NCBI RefSeq assembly: GCF_004010195.1
Contig: NC_057718.1
Span: 84,855,968 to 84,919,967 of the forward strand
Length of the DNA stretch: 64,000 bases
Direction of reading: 5' to 3'
Source: Chiloscyllium plagiosum
Taxonomy: Eukaryota
Position 1 is the stretch's first letter. Every line of letters starts with the position of its first letter. Shown here piece after piece: positions 10,615 through 23,875 of this stretch. The notes beneath the pieces are model-generated. The model was given only the letters and a program-made list of their open reading frames with translations. It had not been told where the DNA came from and did not search any database. The translations under genes and the position numbers were made by a program.

Positions 10615-12806
10615 TTTAGAAACAGGAGAGGAGAGGTCACACTGCTTGGAGTTTTTTATAGGCCTCCGCAAAGTTCCAGGGAGGTGGAAGAGAGGATTGG
10701 CAAAATCATTCTGGGTAGGAGTGAAAGGAACAGGGTGATCATTATGGGGACTTTAACTTCCCCAACATTGACTGGAAATGCTATAACTCCAGTATGTCAG
10801 ATGGATCAGTTTTTGTCCAATATGTAGAAGAGGGTTTCCTGACACAGTATGTCGAAGGGCCGACAAGAAGGGAGGCCACACTGGATCTGGTGCTTGGTAA
10901 TGAACCAGGCCAGGTGTTTGATTTAGTTGTAGATGAGCACTTTGGAGAGAGTGTCCATAATTCAGTTATGTTTAGTTTAGCGATGGAAAGGGATAGGTAC
11001 GTGCCACAGGTCGAGTTATCGATAGCAAGGGCAATTATAATGTGATTAGGCAAGAATTAGGATGCATAGAATGGGGTAGCAAAATGCAGGGGATACAGAC
11101 AATGGAAATGTGGAGCTATTTTAAGGAACAGATATTGCATGTCCTGTCAGGCAGGGAGGAAATTATAAGGTAAGGGAACCATGGTTTACAACAAAAATTG
11201 CATCTCTTGTTACGAAGAAGAAGGAGGCTTATGTGTTGATGAGGCAAAATGGTTCAGATGAGGCGATGGAGAGTTACAGATCAATTAGGAAGGATTTAAA
11301 GAGAGTGTTAAGAAGAGCAAAGAGAGGACACAAGCAGTCTTTAGCCAACCCTAAAGCTTTCTATAGATATGTGGGGAATAAAAGGATGACAAGGGTAGGA
11401 ATAGGGCCAATCAAAGACAGAAGTGGGAAGTTGAGTGTGGACCCTGTGGAGATCGGAGAGGTGCCATACGAACATTTCTCATCGGTTTTCACTCACGAAA
11501 AGAATATTGTAGAGGAGAAGAATGAAGTATGAGATTTTAGACTAGAAAGGATCGAGGTTAGTTACGAATAGGTGCTATCAATTCTAGAAGGAGTGAAAGT
11601 AGACAAGTCCCCTGGGCCGGATGGGATTTATCAGAGAATTCTCTGGGAAGCTAGGGACGAGATAGCAGAGCCTTTGGCTTTGATATTTGAGTCGTCATTG
11701 TCTACATGTTTGGTACCAGAGGACTGCAGGATTGCAAATATTGTGCCCTTGTTCAAGAAGGGCAGCAGAGATGACCCAGGTAATTATAGACCAGTGAGCC
11801 TTACTTCTGTTGTCGGAAAGGTTTTGGAAAGGATTATGAGAGATAAGATTTATAATCATTTAGCAAGCAACAATTTGATTTCAGATAGTCAACATGGTTT
11901 CGACAAGGGCAGGTCGTGTCTCACAAACCTCATTGAGCTTTTTGAGAAGGTAACCAAGCATGTAGATGAGGGTAGGTTGATGTGGTATACATGGACTTCA
12001 GTAAAGCCTTTGATAAGGTTCCACATGGTAGGCTGTTGGAGAAGATGCAGAGGCATGGAATTGAGGGTGATTTAGCAGTTTGGATTAGAAACTGGCTTTC
12101 TGAAAGAAGGCAGTGAGTATCTTGGAGTCCATGTACATAGATCCCTGAAAGTTGCCACCCACGTGGATAATGCTGTTAAGAAGGCATACGGTGTGTTAGG
12201 TTTCATTCGTAAAGGGATTGAGTTCTGGAGCAGCAATATCATGCTGCAACTATACAAAACGCTGGTGCGGCGACACTTGGAATATTGTATACAGTTCTGG
12301 TCCCTATATTTCGGGAAGGATGTGAAAGCATTGGAAAAGATGCAGAGGAGATTTACCAGGATGTTGCCTGGTCTGGAGGGAAGGTCTTATGAGGAAAGGC
12401 TGAGAGACTTGAACCTGTTCTCATCAGCAAGAAGAAGGCTAAGAGGGGATTTGATAGAGACATACAAGATGATCAGAGGATTAAATAGGGTAGACAGTGA
12501 AAGTCATTTTCCTAGGATGATGACGTCAGCGTGTACGAGGGGGCATAACTACAAATTGAGGGGTGATAGATTTAAGACAGATGTCAGAGGCAGGCTCTTT
12601 ATACAAAGTGGTAAGGGCGTGGAATGCCCTACCTGCTAATGTAGTCGACTCAGCCACATTAGGGAGATTTAAACAATCCTTAGATAAGCACATGGATGAT
12701 TTTGGGATAGTGTAGGGGGACGAGCTGAGAATAGTTCATGGGTCGGCGCAACATCGAGGTCCGAAGGGCCTGTTCTGCGCTGTATTGTTCTATGTTGTAT
12801 GTTCTA
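10615..12806 (+). mobile_element. 5'-truncated CR1 (HER1-like) LINE, ORF2 APE + RT, frameshifted with internal deletion near 12113
   Basis: GVFYRPP, LDLVL, KSPGPDGI, NYRPVSLTSVVGK, QHGF..GRSCLTNL and LYKTLVR.HLEYC motifs; 3' (tgttcta)-type tail. Confidence 0.93.
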
Positions 12807-13434
12807 CTTTTCAGCCATTGCCACTAAAACAAATTATCGGGTCATTAGACCTGTGTTTATAGATCCTTGCAGTGTCTTAATTGCTGCCATGTTACCTTAC
12901 GTTACAAGAGTGAATATATTTTTAAATTATTTCTTACTGTAAAGCATCTTGCAACAGCCTAAAGTCATGAAGGCTGCCATAAAATGCAAATTCATTCTTT
13001 TTGTTACTTAATTAGTTACTACTGAATTCTATTGAAATGTCCTTTTTTTAGCCTTTTACAACAGTTTCATTGTATGATTCACTGATATTTGCTTTTACAA
13101 TGCCTATAATTGCAAGAAATTTCCATTAAGTTCCTTAGGATGTTATTTTTGCATATTTGGCTTTGTGTAGTATCTGGTTTGATGAGGGATGTTACTTTTA
13201 GTGAAATGCTTAGGGGACACACCAACTCACTATAACTCTTTCCTTCACTCATCCCCAAACTGTCCCCTTTGTCACTGTGGAGCAGGTGGGATTTTGTGTC
13301 TACTTTTTGCAGCCCATTCCTTAACATTACTTCTCCTCTTGTCACTATATAGTCTGTTAACATGCAGATGTGTAGGTGGTCTAGTAACAATGATGTAGAA
13401 GATTTGGACAAATAAGCCACAGATGTGACCTCAG

Positions 13435-13730
13435 TTGTATATCGTAATAGTTTAAGATTTTTAGTTCTGTTCTAAAATTCCAGAAGTAAAGTTCTGGTAT
13501 CAGTAAAAGAGACATGAAACTGTTAGGTTTTTGTAAAAGAAAGACCCAACTAATTTACTCATAGCCGTTGTAGAAAAAACACCGTCGTCCTTACCTGATC
13601 TTGTTTACGTGCAACTCCAACCCTGCACCAACTTGCTTAACTCTTAATGACCTCCTGAAATAGCCTACCAACTCCCACCAATTAGATTTCCATTTCCTTG
13701 GGGGCAACTAAGAATGAGCACCACCTGAGA
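13435..13730 (+). mobile_element. Decayed Deu-type SINE
   Basis: gtccttacctgatc..tacgtgcaactcca..ttaactcttaatgacctcctgaaatagccta resembles the copy at 32430-32705. Confidence 0.5.
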
Positions 13731-14603
13731 ATATTAGTGAGATGTGTATCTAATTTTATAGTTACAAATGTGCACTAGTATGATTTGTTCCCTTTTCATT
13801 TCTCTGCTAAGTGTCCCTTTTGCAATAATGTATTTAAGGAAATAGTGATTGTATTTCATTAACTGCTAATCGATTTTCAAACATACACTGAAATGTACCT
13901 CTGTTTGAGTTTCTTGCTCAGCTTGCTGGGAATTCCACATGCACTTACATTGTGGTTTTAAAGGCTAAGACTTAGTGAAAAATGACTATCTCAGAACCAA
14001 ACTTTCTGTACTTAAAACCAGCAAAATCTGTGGTCCTGAGATAATATCTCCTCTTAATATTAAGATCATACCTGTTTCTGACAATTCTTGTGGATTAAGA
14101 GACCAATTGGTTGATACCAAGTGATAAGTAACATGTTTATTAGTAGTTAGGCATGATTGACAAGGTGGGCATTTATTACCTATCTGCAGTTATCTGAGAA
14201 GGTGATAGTGGGTCACCTTCTCAAACGATGACTACGAAACAACATGATCATTTATGAGGGTATTTAGCTGTCATCTTAGTTGATGTAGCCGGTCAAAAGA
14301 AGGAATAGGAATAGGAATTGGCACATGCTTGGTGGGCTGAAGGGCTTGTTCCTATACTGTATTGTATTGTATGTAGGACTGGAGTCACATGTAGGCTACA
14401 ATGGATAAGGAAGGCACATTTCCTTAGTAAAGAGCCTCAGTGAAGATCGGTTTTCACAACAATTTATGACAAGGTTATATTAATGATCACTTTCTTAAAA
14501 GAAGATTGGATAAAAATTCCTAGCCGCCTTCCATTAGTCTAGTCCCCCGGAATCCTAGTTCAGTAATATAGTCATTAAATTTATATCCATTTCACACAAC
14601 TCC

Positions 14604-14633
<30 letters not shown>
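14604..14633. repeat. (TTA)10 microsatellite
   Basis: Directly visible perfect repeat. Confidence 0.97.
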
Positions 14634-14636
<3 letters not shown>

Positions 14637-15967
14637 TTTGTCATCTTTGTCTTCATATTTTATTCTCCTATTGCAGTGAGATTTTGTCCAAATTTTCCTA
14701 TTGCCAATGTTATTTAGTTTCTTGCCTAACAATGCCTCCTTGCAAATTGTTTGAGATAGGAGAACTTGGTTAGTTTTGAATGTCAAGCCATTCATGACCG
14801 GTGCCAATAAGTTAACACGTAAGTTAGTAAAACAGAAACAATTTCATTTGCCTTCTCCCTCAAGTCCCAGCCAACAGTCATATCCATTACCTGGTCAGTG
14901 ACCTCTGGATTTCTGTAGCTTGTGTAGGCCCCTTTCCATTCATTATGATCAACATTATGGCAGACCAACAGTCAAGGTTTTTAAGCAATGTCAAGGTTAA
15001 TTTATTTACAAGTTATTCACTGAAGATTCCTTGAGGATAAAGTTATTAATAAGTAATTGCAAATATCAAGGGTAACATAAGTACCGATGAGATAAAATAT
15101 TATTTCAACAATAAGTCCCAGTTAGTCTTTGTTGTATATCATTGGGGCCCTTTACTGGAGTTGCTTATTACTTCTTATTTACAGTAGAAGGCAGATCCAG
15201 CAGCTATGATTGAATTGAATTTATTGTCACATGTACAGAGGCACAGTGAAAAGCCTTGTCTTGCGAGCAATACAGGCAGATCACGTAGTTAAATAGCATG
15301 GATACATAAATAATAGGTAAACAGCGGCAAAAACCAAAACACAGGTTTAGGCAAATGCTAAGAGTTTGTGAGTCCATTCAGTACTTTAACAACAGTAGGT
15401 TAGAAACTGATTCGAAACTGGCTGGTGCGTGTGTTCAGGCTTCTGTACCTTAGTTGAATAAATTTTTATTAAAGGTAGGTTCCTCAGAATAGTAGATTTT
15501 GTGGGGGAGAGGGGAAGCCTCCTAGCTTCCAGTTAAAGGGTGAGTTCGGTAATATTATGCTCCCAATATGGGGCATCATTTGATTGCTTCCATACAGCAG
15601 CCCTAACTCTCTGGAACAAACTCTGTCAGTTGAGGCCTTGTTCAGTGAAAGAATCCGTTCTACATTTGTCTTACAATTAAAACATTTCTCTCTTGAAATG
15701 TACTTCTCTAACATCTGTAGTGGCAACTGAGAGACAAAACTGTTTTCCAAATTTGGCTTTGAAGAAGTAAATGTGCAAATAAGAGACATTTTGAATCTGA
15801 TTCTATCTACTCTCTGCGATAATAAAGGTGAATTCAGATTGAGTTGAGACAGTTAAAACTATGAAGGATTTTATAGGATAGATGTAGTTCAAGTTTTCCC
15901 ACTTTTGAGGGAGTCCAAAACTATGGGTCATAAATATAGAATGATCACTATTAAAGCCAATAAGGAA

Positions 15968-16480
15968 TTAGAGTCATAAAGTTATGCAGCACAGAAACAG
16001 GACCTTTGGCCCAACTTGTCCATGCTGACTAGGTTTCCTAAACCGAACTAGTCCCATTTGCCTGAATTTGGCCCATATTTCTCTACACCTTTCCTATCCA
16101 TGTACCTGTCCAAATGTCATTTAAATCTTGTATTTGTACTTGTCTCTATCAACTTTCTTTGGCAGCATATTCCATATATGCATCACCCTCTATGTGGGAA
16201 AAAGTTGCCCCTCAGGTCCCTTTTAAATCTTTCCCCTCTCACTTTAAACCTATGACCTCTAGTTTGGACTCCCTAATCTGGGGAAAAGAACTTGGCTATT
16301 CACCTTATCTGTGGACCACATGATTTTATAAACCTCTATAAAGTCATCCCTTAGCATCCTACATCCAGGGAAAATAGCCTCAGCTTATCTAGCTATTCCT
16401 TATAACACAAGCCTTCCAGACTTGGTAACATAATGTAAATCTTTTTTGCACCCTTGTCAGCTTAATAACATCCTATTTAT
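15968..16480 (-). mobile_element. CR1 LINE 3' fragment
   Basis: Reverse complement of the same 3' ORF2/UTR sequence seen at 29640-30350. Confidence 0.75.
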
Positions 16481-18643
16481 CCAGGGTGGGGTGAGAATGT
16501 GGAACACGTACCATATGAAGTGGTTAAATGAAATAACTCCAGGGAAAGCCAGATAAGCATGAGGGAAAAAGGAATAGAAGTTTTTCTAACTCATTCAGGG
16601 AATATGCACTTGGCTGACCACACCAGCACTTATTGCCTTTGAGAAAGTAGTGGTAAGCTGCCTTATTAAACTGCTATGGTCTGTTTTACATAGGTATACC
16701 AACAATGCCCCTGGGGAGTGAGTTCTAGGATTTTGATCCAGCAACTTTGAAGGTGCAGCAATTATAGTTCCAATTTTGAGTAATCCAAGATGGGGGACAG
16801 GAATAAAATTATGGCTTAAGAGCTGCTTTTTTTTAAGCATTTTCAGTTGTTGGAGCTGATTTCCTCAAGGTTTGGAGCAGGAATTACGGTTTTATAGGCT
16901 GTTATAAACTTTGAATCAAAATCTTAAAACAATAACATTTTTTAAAAAAGGAGGTAGAAAGCAGACACCACATGAGGGGCAATAAAACAGAGAAGTAAAC
17001 CTGCACGGCCATGTGACCCAGTAGTGAACCTGTATAGCTGTGTGACCAAGCAGTGACTGCCTCAGTTGTTTTAGTTTCAAGAATTTCTGGACATTGGAGT
17101 TCTTCTAAGTAAACAAACAGTGAAATTCACAGCTAACCTTCCAGAAACCTGTGTGGGAGCTCACAGCATGAGAGCAGCTAAGTGGGTTATTTTTAAAGTG
17201 TAACCTCAGTGTATTTTCTTGTAAGTCTACAGTGGTAAGTAGTAATTTTTTTATTAGATTATATGTTTAATTGAGATCTGTCTCCTGATTAAACTTTCAA
17301 AGTATAAAACATAGATATTAAGTTATCCTGAAGCAATGATTTTGAAGCAGTAAGACTCTGTTATTTTCTAGGTCTGTAGGTTAAGGTGCAAAGATGGCCT
17401 TCAGTAAAATGATGTGCTCTTCCTGTCAGATGTGGAAGGTTCGCGAGAGTTTCTGTGTTACTGATGATTATGTTTGTAGGAAGTGTTTTTGGTTGCGAAT
17501 CCTATCTATCGCATAGATCGGTTGGAGCAGCAGTTACAGGCAATGAGGGATTTACAGGAGTCTGGGAGTGATGATGGCAGTTCAGGAAGGGAGACAAACC
17601 GCAGATACAGACAGGTAGGTAGCTTGTAAGAGGAGTGGTCAGGTCATGCAGGAGTCTCCTGTCTCTCCATGTCAAACAAGTATGCTGTTTTGGAAAATGT
17701 AGGACTCTCGGGGCTATGTAGCACTGACAACCAGGTTTCTGGTACCAAGACTGGTAAAAATATAATGAGGAGTACATCAGGTTCCAAGCAATTCATTATG
17801 ATAAGGGACTCTTTAATCAGAGGCACAGATAAAGGTTTCTGTGGCTGACAATGAGATGTGTGTGTTGCTTCCCTGGTGCCAGGATCAGGGATGTCTTGGT
17901 GGGGGTGCAGAATATCCTGAAAGGAGAGATGGATAGCAGGTAGTCATTGTACACATTGGAAAACTAATGACATAGGATGAGAGAAGGACAAGTTTTTTGA
18001 AGAAGTAATGAAGAGGTTTGATGAGGGTATGTTGCTGAACAAAGAGATTTTGGAGTGCAGGTTCATTGTTCCTTGGAAGTGGCATCGCAGGAAGGTAGGA
18101 TAGGGAAGAAGGCATTTGGTATGGTTGCCTTTGTTGGTCAGGGCATTGTTATAGGAGTTGGGAGGTCATGTTGCGGCTGTACAGGATGTTGTTTGGGCCA
18201 CTTTTGGAATACTGCATGCAATTCAGGTCTCCCTGCTATAGGAAGGAGATTGTGAAACTTGAAAAGTAGCTGTAGGATGACTAGAGAAGTTGTGTTTTTG
18301 GTCAAGAATAAGAAGGAAGCATATATTAGGTATAGACAGCAGGGATCAAGTGACTCCCTAGAAGAGTATAAAGACAGTAGGATACTGAGGAGAAAAATCA
18401 GGAGAGCAAAAAGGGGACATGAGATGCTTTTGGCAGGTATGGCAGAATCCAAGGAGATTCCACAAATACATTAAGGACTAAAGAGTAACTAGGGAGAGAA
18501 TAGGGCCCCTTAAAGATCAACAAGCCCTCCTTTGTGTGGAACTGCAGGAGATGGGGGAGATACTAAACAAGTATTTTGTATCAATGTTTATTGTGAAGTA
18601 GTATATGGAAGATAAGAGGACATAGCAAAATAAATAGCAATAT

Positions 18644-18798
18644 NNNNNNNNNNNNNNNNNNNNNNNNNNNNNNNNNNNNNNNNNNNNNNNNNNNNNNNNN
18701 NNNNNNNNNNNNNNNNNNNNNNNNNNNNNNNNNNNNNNNNNNNNNNNNNNNNNNNNNNNNNNNNNNNNNNNNNNNNNNNNNNNNNNNNNNNNNNNNNN
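18644..18798. other. Assembly gap (155 N)
   Basis: Run of N. Confidence 1.
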
Positions 18799-18888
18799 AT
18801 TCTCCTGCTCCTTCGATGCTGCCTGACCTGCTGCGCTTTTCCAGCAACACATTTTCAGCTCTGATCTCCAGCAGTCCTCACTTTCTCC
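18799..18888 (+). mobile_element. PLE terminus abutting gap
   Basis: Reverse complement of ggagaaagtgaggactgc..ggagatcagagctgaaaatgtgttgctggaaaagcgcagc, as at 25127 and 48328. Confidence 0.8.
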
Positions 18889-19689
18889 TATCAGTTTGGG
18901 CATGTTTTTTGAGGGAATCCTGAGGGACAGGATTTACATCTATTTGGAAAGGCAAGGACTGATTCGGGATAGGCAACATGGCTTTTTGTGTGGAAAATAG
19001 TGTCTCACTAACCTGATTGAGTTTTTGAAGAAGTAATGAAAGTTCTGGGGAGTGTTGCTTAACAGAGAGACCTTGGAGTGTAGGTTCATAGTTTCTTGAG
19101 TTGCAGGTAGACAGGATGGTGAAGAAGGCGTTGAGTAAGCTTGCCTTTGCTGGTCAGTGCATAGAGTAAAGTAGTTGGGAGGTCATGTTGTGGCTGCACA
19201 GGACATTGGTTAGGCCACTTTTGGAATATTGCATGTAATTCTGGTCTCCCTGCTATAGGAAGAATGTTGTGAAACTTGAAAGGGTTCAGAAAAGATTTAC
19301 AAACATGTTGCCAGGGTTGGAGGGTTTGAGCTATAGGGAGAGGCTGAATAGACTGGGGATGTTTTTCCTGGAGCGTCAGAGTCCAAGTGGTTTTCCCCAT
19401 GGTAGCAGAATCCAAAACTAGAGAGCTTAGGTTTAAGGTGAGAGGGGAAAACTTAACTGGACGTAAGGGGCAACATTTTCATACACGGGGTGGTGCATGT
19501 ATGGAATGAAATGCCTGAAAAAATGGTGGAATCTGATACAATTACAATATTTAAAAGGCATCTGGATGGGTATATGAATAGGAAATATTTACAAGAATAT
19601 GGGCCAAATGCTGGCAAATGGGAGTAGATTTATTTAGGCTGTCTGGTCAGCATAGATGAGTTGGACCGAAGGGTGTATTTCCAAGTGAG

Positions 19690-20570
19690 GGTGCTTTGAA
19701 GCTTTGAGAAGAACTTGTGAATGATGGTGTTCCCATGGATCTGCTAACCTTGTCCTTTTAGATGGTTGAGAGTTTAGAATGTGCTGTCTGAAGCACTCTT
19801 GGTCAATTTCTGTCCTGCATCTTGAGGATGGTACCTGTTGCTGCTTCTGAGCATCAGTGGTGGTGGATGGGGTGCCAATCAGATAGGCTATTTGGGATGG
19901 TGTCAATCTTCTTAAGTACTGTTACAGTAGCATCCATCCAGGCAAGTGGAGAGTATTCCATAATATTCCCGACTTGGGCCTTGTAGATGGTGGACCGGCT
20001 TTGGGGAGTTAGGAGGTGAATTACTTGCTCCAGCATCCTGAGCCCCTCACCTGCTCTTGCAGCCGTGGTATTTATATGCCTAGTTCAGTTCAGTTTCTGG
20101 TCAACGGTAAACCCCAGGATGTTTGTAATGGAAAATTCAGTGATTCCAACACTACTGAATGTCATGGGATGATGGTTTGATCCTTTCTTATTGGAGGTGG
20201 TCATTGTCTGGTACCTGAGTAATGGGAATGTTACTTGCCACTTGTCAACCCAAGCCTGAATCTTGCCCAGGTTTCACTGCATTTTGCTATGGACTGTTTC
20301 AGCATATGAGGAGTTGAAGATTGTGCGATCATCAGCAAACATCCCCATTTCATACTATATGATATAGGGACAGTCATTGATGAAGCAGCCGAAGATGGTT
20401 GTGCCTAACACACTGTCGTGAGGAACCCCTGCATTGATGTCCTGGAATTAAGATCACTGACTTCCAGCAACTATAACCATTATCCTTGAATAGAAAGTTT
20501 TCTCATTAATTCCCATTGACCTTAATTTTGCTTGGGTAACTTTATGCTACATTCAGTCACATATGACTGC
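19690..20570 (-). mobile_element. Decayed CR1/L2-type LINE RT C-terminal fragment
   Basis: LLTPQSRSTIYKAQVGNIMEYSPLAW motif (YKA.V...MEY..AW). Confidence 0.7.
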
Positions 20571-21283
20571 TTGGGCAAGATGAATTAAGGGAAAAGACTT
20601 GTGTGAAACATAAACTTTAGCACAGACATATTGGGATGAATGCCCTATGACCATGCTGTAAATTCTGTTTATATTAAGGTGAGGTCCAATTTGCACACAA
20701 TTGAGAGATTCATAAAGTTTGATTTGTAACTTTCCAGTATGTACAAATGGTCAATTTATGCTTTTAAAGTGTAACTTGCCATTCCAATGAAATATGTATC
20801 TCTTATTTAAGAAAAGTAAATTCAACTGTGTATTGAATGCTCCATGGTATTTCATTTGCTTTAAAGTTTTGAGATGTAAGAGGTCCTGAGAAACAATATA
20901 TTCTCTTTTCATTAGACCTGCTTCAACTTAAGGTTCAACTTTTGAGCAGTTATTTACAACTTTTATGTTGCAGTGTAGGACATGTTGAGAGACATTAGGA
21001 TCATTATAAGCAAGCTCAATGGAATTTCAAAGTACCTTGGGTAACTTTTTAAAATTTCATGCTACAACAACATATTGAACTTAATAATTGCTGACAAATG
21101 CAAAGCTTGGTTACTTTTTCCTGCCTTTTCTGTTTGCAAACTCTTTCCTAATATTCTTCTTGCTTTTTAAAATTGATTTCAGTATTTACTAATATTTCTG
21201 ATCCCTGAATTTCTAAAGAGCCTCACTTATTTTAAATGTTTAATATGTCTCGTGTTTTGTTTCCTCACTGTATGCTCCCAAAG

Positions 21284-21397
21284 TTATTAGATCTAGATTC
21301 ACTGGCTAAGGAGACAAGTGTACTAAGGGCAGAGAAAAAGAGCCTAGATAGCCAATCTATGACAATGCTGCAACACCTTCAGGAGGCCAAAGAGAAG
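21284..21397 (+). CDS. NINL: Ninein-like exon (LLDLDSLAKETSVLRAEKKSLDSQSMTMLQHLQEAKEK)
   Basis: Pyrimidine tract plus cccaaag acceptor, AAG|gtattg donor, 114 nt, phase 0-0, heptad-like pattern. Confidence 0.75.
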
Positions 21398-22346
21398 GTA
21401 TTGACATTATCAAGTAAAAATTGTATATCATTGAGTTAAACAGTGTACAAACTGAACATTATTTGAACTGTACATTGCTCGGTTGTCCTGATCTAATATA
21501 TTTTAATTTAAGCATTCTAGAGACTTAGTCAACTCAATGATCCTTGTGGTAAGAATGTGAAGAAGTTCAACAATGATCTGACTGGCAGAACAAGCTTGAG
21601 GGGCTGAATGGTTTATTCCTGCTTGTACTTCTTGAGTTCTTAAGATCTCCATTTTAAATCACAAGTCTTTTGAAATTAGGTGATCGCCATTGTGGAGGTG
21701 CAGTTGGTACAATATCCTTTATGATGCAAAGCAAAATCAGCCAATGCTCCCACTCGCAAACATTGTTTGTAGGGCTTGTGTACAAAGCTCTTTAGTGAGC
21801 AGGATCCAATTTGGCTGTAATCCCTTGTGTTCAAAAAGAATGGTTGTTGCTTGTTGTTTTTATCTCACATGTAAGGCCTACAAGCCAAATATTCCAAACA
21901 TACCAAAATTCAACATTTTCGGAAGAGGGTGAAAGTATATCCAACTTAGAAATATATGTCCGTCCAAAATTGAACAAATGCAAATCGGACCAAATTCAAA
22001 TCTGGTTTGGTGCAAGGAAATAATTGAGTATTGTTTGGAGGAATTCCGACAAACATTTGAAGCTTACAAGGCTTTAACTTAAGATTGAAACCAGTTTGTG
22101 TTAGCCGGGGAGACAAGGCTGATTTGAGGGATCATTTTGCACAGAAACACTCCATTATGTCTTTATGTAGCTGGCAAACAAAGGTTCCATAAAATAAAGA
22201 TCCACTTCATAAATTCAACAAATCTTTGAGCTCCTATATTAGCTCCTGCTGATTTTAGTGAAACAAATTTATAACTATTTCTGTGCGGGGTGGGTGAAAA
22301 TAGCAAATGTGCAAATTACTAATCCCAAACACTGACTTAAATTCAG

Positions 22347-22493
22347 ATAAAGATCCTAGAATTGGGTTTGGATCAAGTGCATTCTAATCGAGACCATCTG
22401 AAGCTAGAACTTCAAGGAAAGCACCAAGAAAATTTGTCACTGACAAAGGAGATTGGATCTGTTACAAAGTCATTGCAAGAGGCAAAGAATAAG
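22347..22493 (+). CDS. NINL: Ninein-like exon (IKILELGLDQVHSNRDHLKLELQ...SLQEAKNK)
   Basis: attcag acceptor, AAG|gtattg donor, 147 nt, phase 0-0, coiled coil. Confidence 0.78.
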
Positions 22494-23237
22494 GTATTGT
22501 ATGTGCCTGTTAATTGGAGCACTGCAAATGATATTGAGCAATAAAACAAAACTTATTTTCTGGACATTAGCACCACTGTAGTTGCAATCAAGCTTTTCGA
22601 TTATTTTAATTATCAGTGGTTGCAGGAGGTGAAAAGCTTTTTTAGATTAAGGGTATCATAGAGAAGTAGCTTTTTCAAAAGTATCTAGAGCTTGAGTTAG
22701 ATTTCAGTGTAGATTAGGACACTGCAATTATACAGTAGCCATTTAGCTCCGCACTGAAACCTTGCAGTCAGCTCGAGGATTTTGAAATGTTTATTTTTAA
22801 GCTGAGGCATCCAGAAATGCAGAGCTGGGTAAATACACTATCTTCCCTTACTTACAAGTCAAGCATAATGTTTTGTTGCACAAGTAATAGTATAAAGTTA
22901 AAAAGCAGTTTGCAAAGTCAATTGAATTGTGGCATTTACAGCAAAGTAGTCTCTTTTTAAATGGGACAATGATAAGTCCATGGAATTTCATCAATATTAA
23001 TTAAACAAATAGATTTGTGTTTGTGTTTTCTGTTTGTATCTTCACTCACTCCAGCTGGACTAGTGTAATCTATAATACAGCTGGTGTGTTGGAACTGCTT
23101 ATAATCTGACTTCTCTTCTGTATGACTGCAGTTGCATTTCATTTGTTTATGCTACATGAATTTATAATGGTGTGCAATATTATGATTTAAAAACAATCCC
23201 CATATACAAGTTTCAAAGGACAAAATCTGTTATTATA

Positions 23238-23650
23238 TAAGAACAGAAGAACTAGGAGCAGTAGGCCATCTGGCCCTTTGGGCCTGCTCTGTCATTCAAC
23301 AAGATCATGGCTGACCTTTTTGTGGCCTCAGCTCCACTTACTTGCCTTCTCACCATAACCCTTAATTCCTTTATTGTTCAAAAAAATTTACATTAGCCTT
23401 AAAAATATTTACTGAAGTAGCATCAACTACTTCACCGGGCAGGGAATTCAATAGATTCACAACCCTCCGGGTGAAGTTCCTTCTCAATTCAGTCCTAAAT
23501 CTGCTCCCCTTAATTTTGAGGCTATGCCATCATATCTTAGTTTCACCCACCATTGGAAACATCCTCTCTATGTTAATCTTATCTGTTCCCTTCATAATTT
23601 TATATGTTTCTATAAGATCCCCCCCCATATTCTTCTAAATTCCAATGAAT
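23238..23650 (-). mobile_element. CR1 LINE 3' fragment
   Basis: Tail ataagaacagaagaactaggagcagtaggcc and ORF2 C-terminal remnant on the minus strand. Confidence 0.7.
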
Positions 23651-23761
23651 TATAACACTAAATTTAACGTTATCAAAATAATTAAAATATTGTTCTCTGA
23701 ACTATATATCTAACATGTTTTGATGTAATATCATGCACACATTATTGTAATATTGTTGCAG

Positions 23762-23875
23762 TTCAGCCAAGTGCGTATCCTGGAGACTGAACTGGAATCT
23801 ATGAAAAACGAATATCAGATTTTGCAAAACAAAGAAGTAAAGTTGGAAGCTGACCTGATGGAGTCGCAGAAACAG
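23762..23875 (+). CDS. NINL: Ninein-like exon (FSQVRILETELESMKNEYQILQNKEVKLEADLMESQKQ)
   Basis: tgttgcag acceptor, CAG|gtatat donor, 114 nt, phase 0-0. Confidence 0.82.

Larger units (their letters stand above)
16800..19675 (+). mobile_element. Rearranged CR1 with ORF1 remnant (zinc finger + esterase) and ORF2 fragments
   Basis: From 17393: MAFSKMMCSSCQMWKV..DYVCRKC, then RDSLIRGTD, CFPGARIRDV and VIVHIG (SGNH-esterase-like CR1 ORF1). ORF2 pieces and 3' UTR follow; contains a gap. Confidence 0.8.

Noticed and set aside
21690..22023. ORFs between NINL exons as an extra or alternative exon
   Set aside because: Not coiled-coil-like and lacking convincing splice sites.
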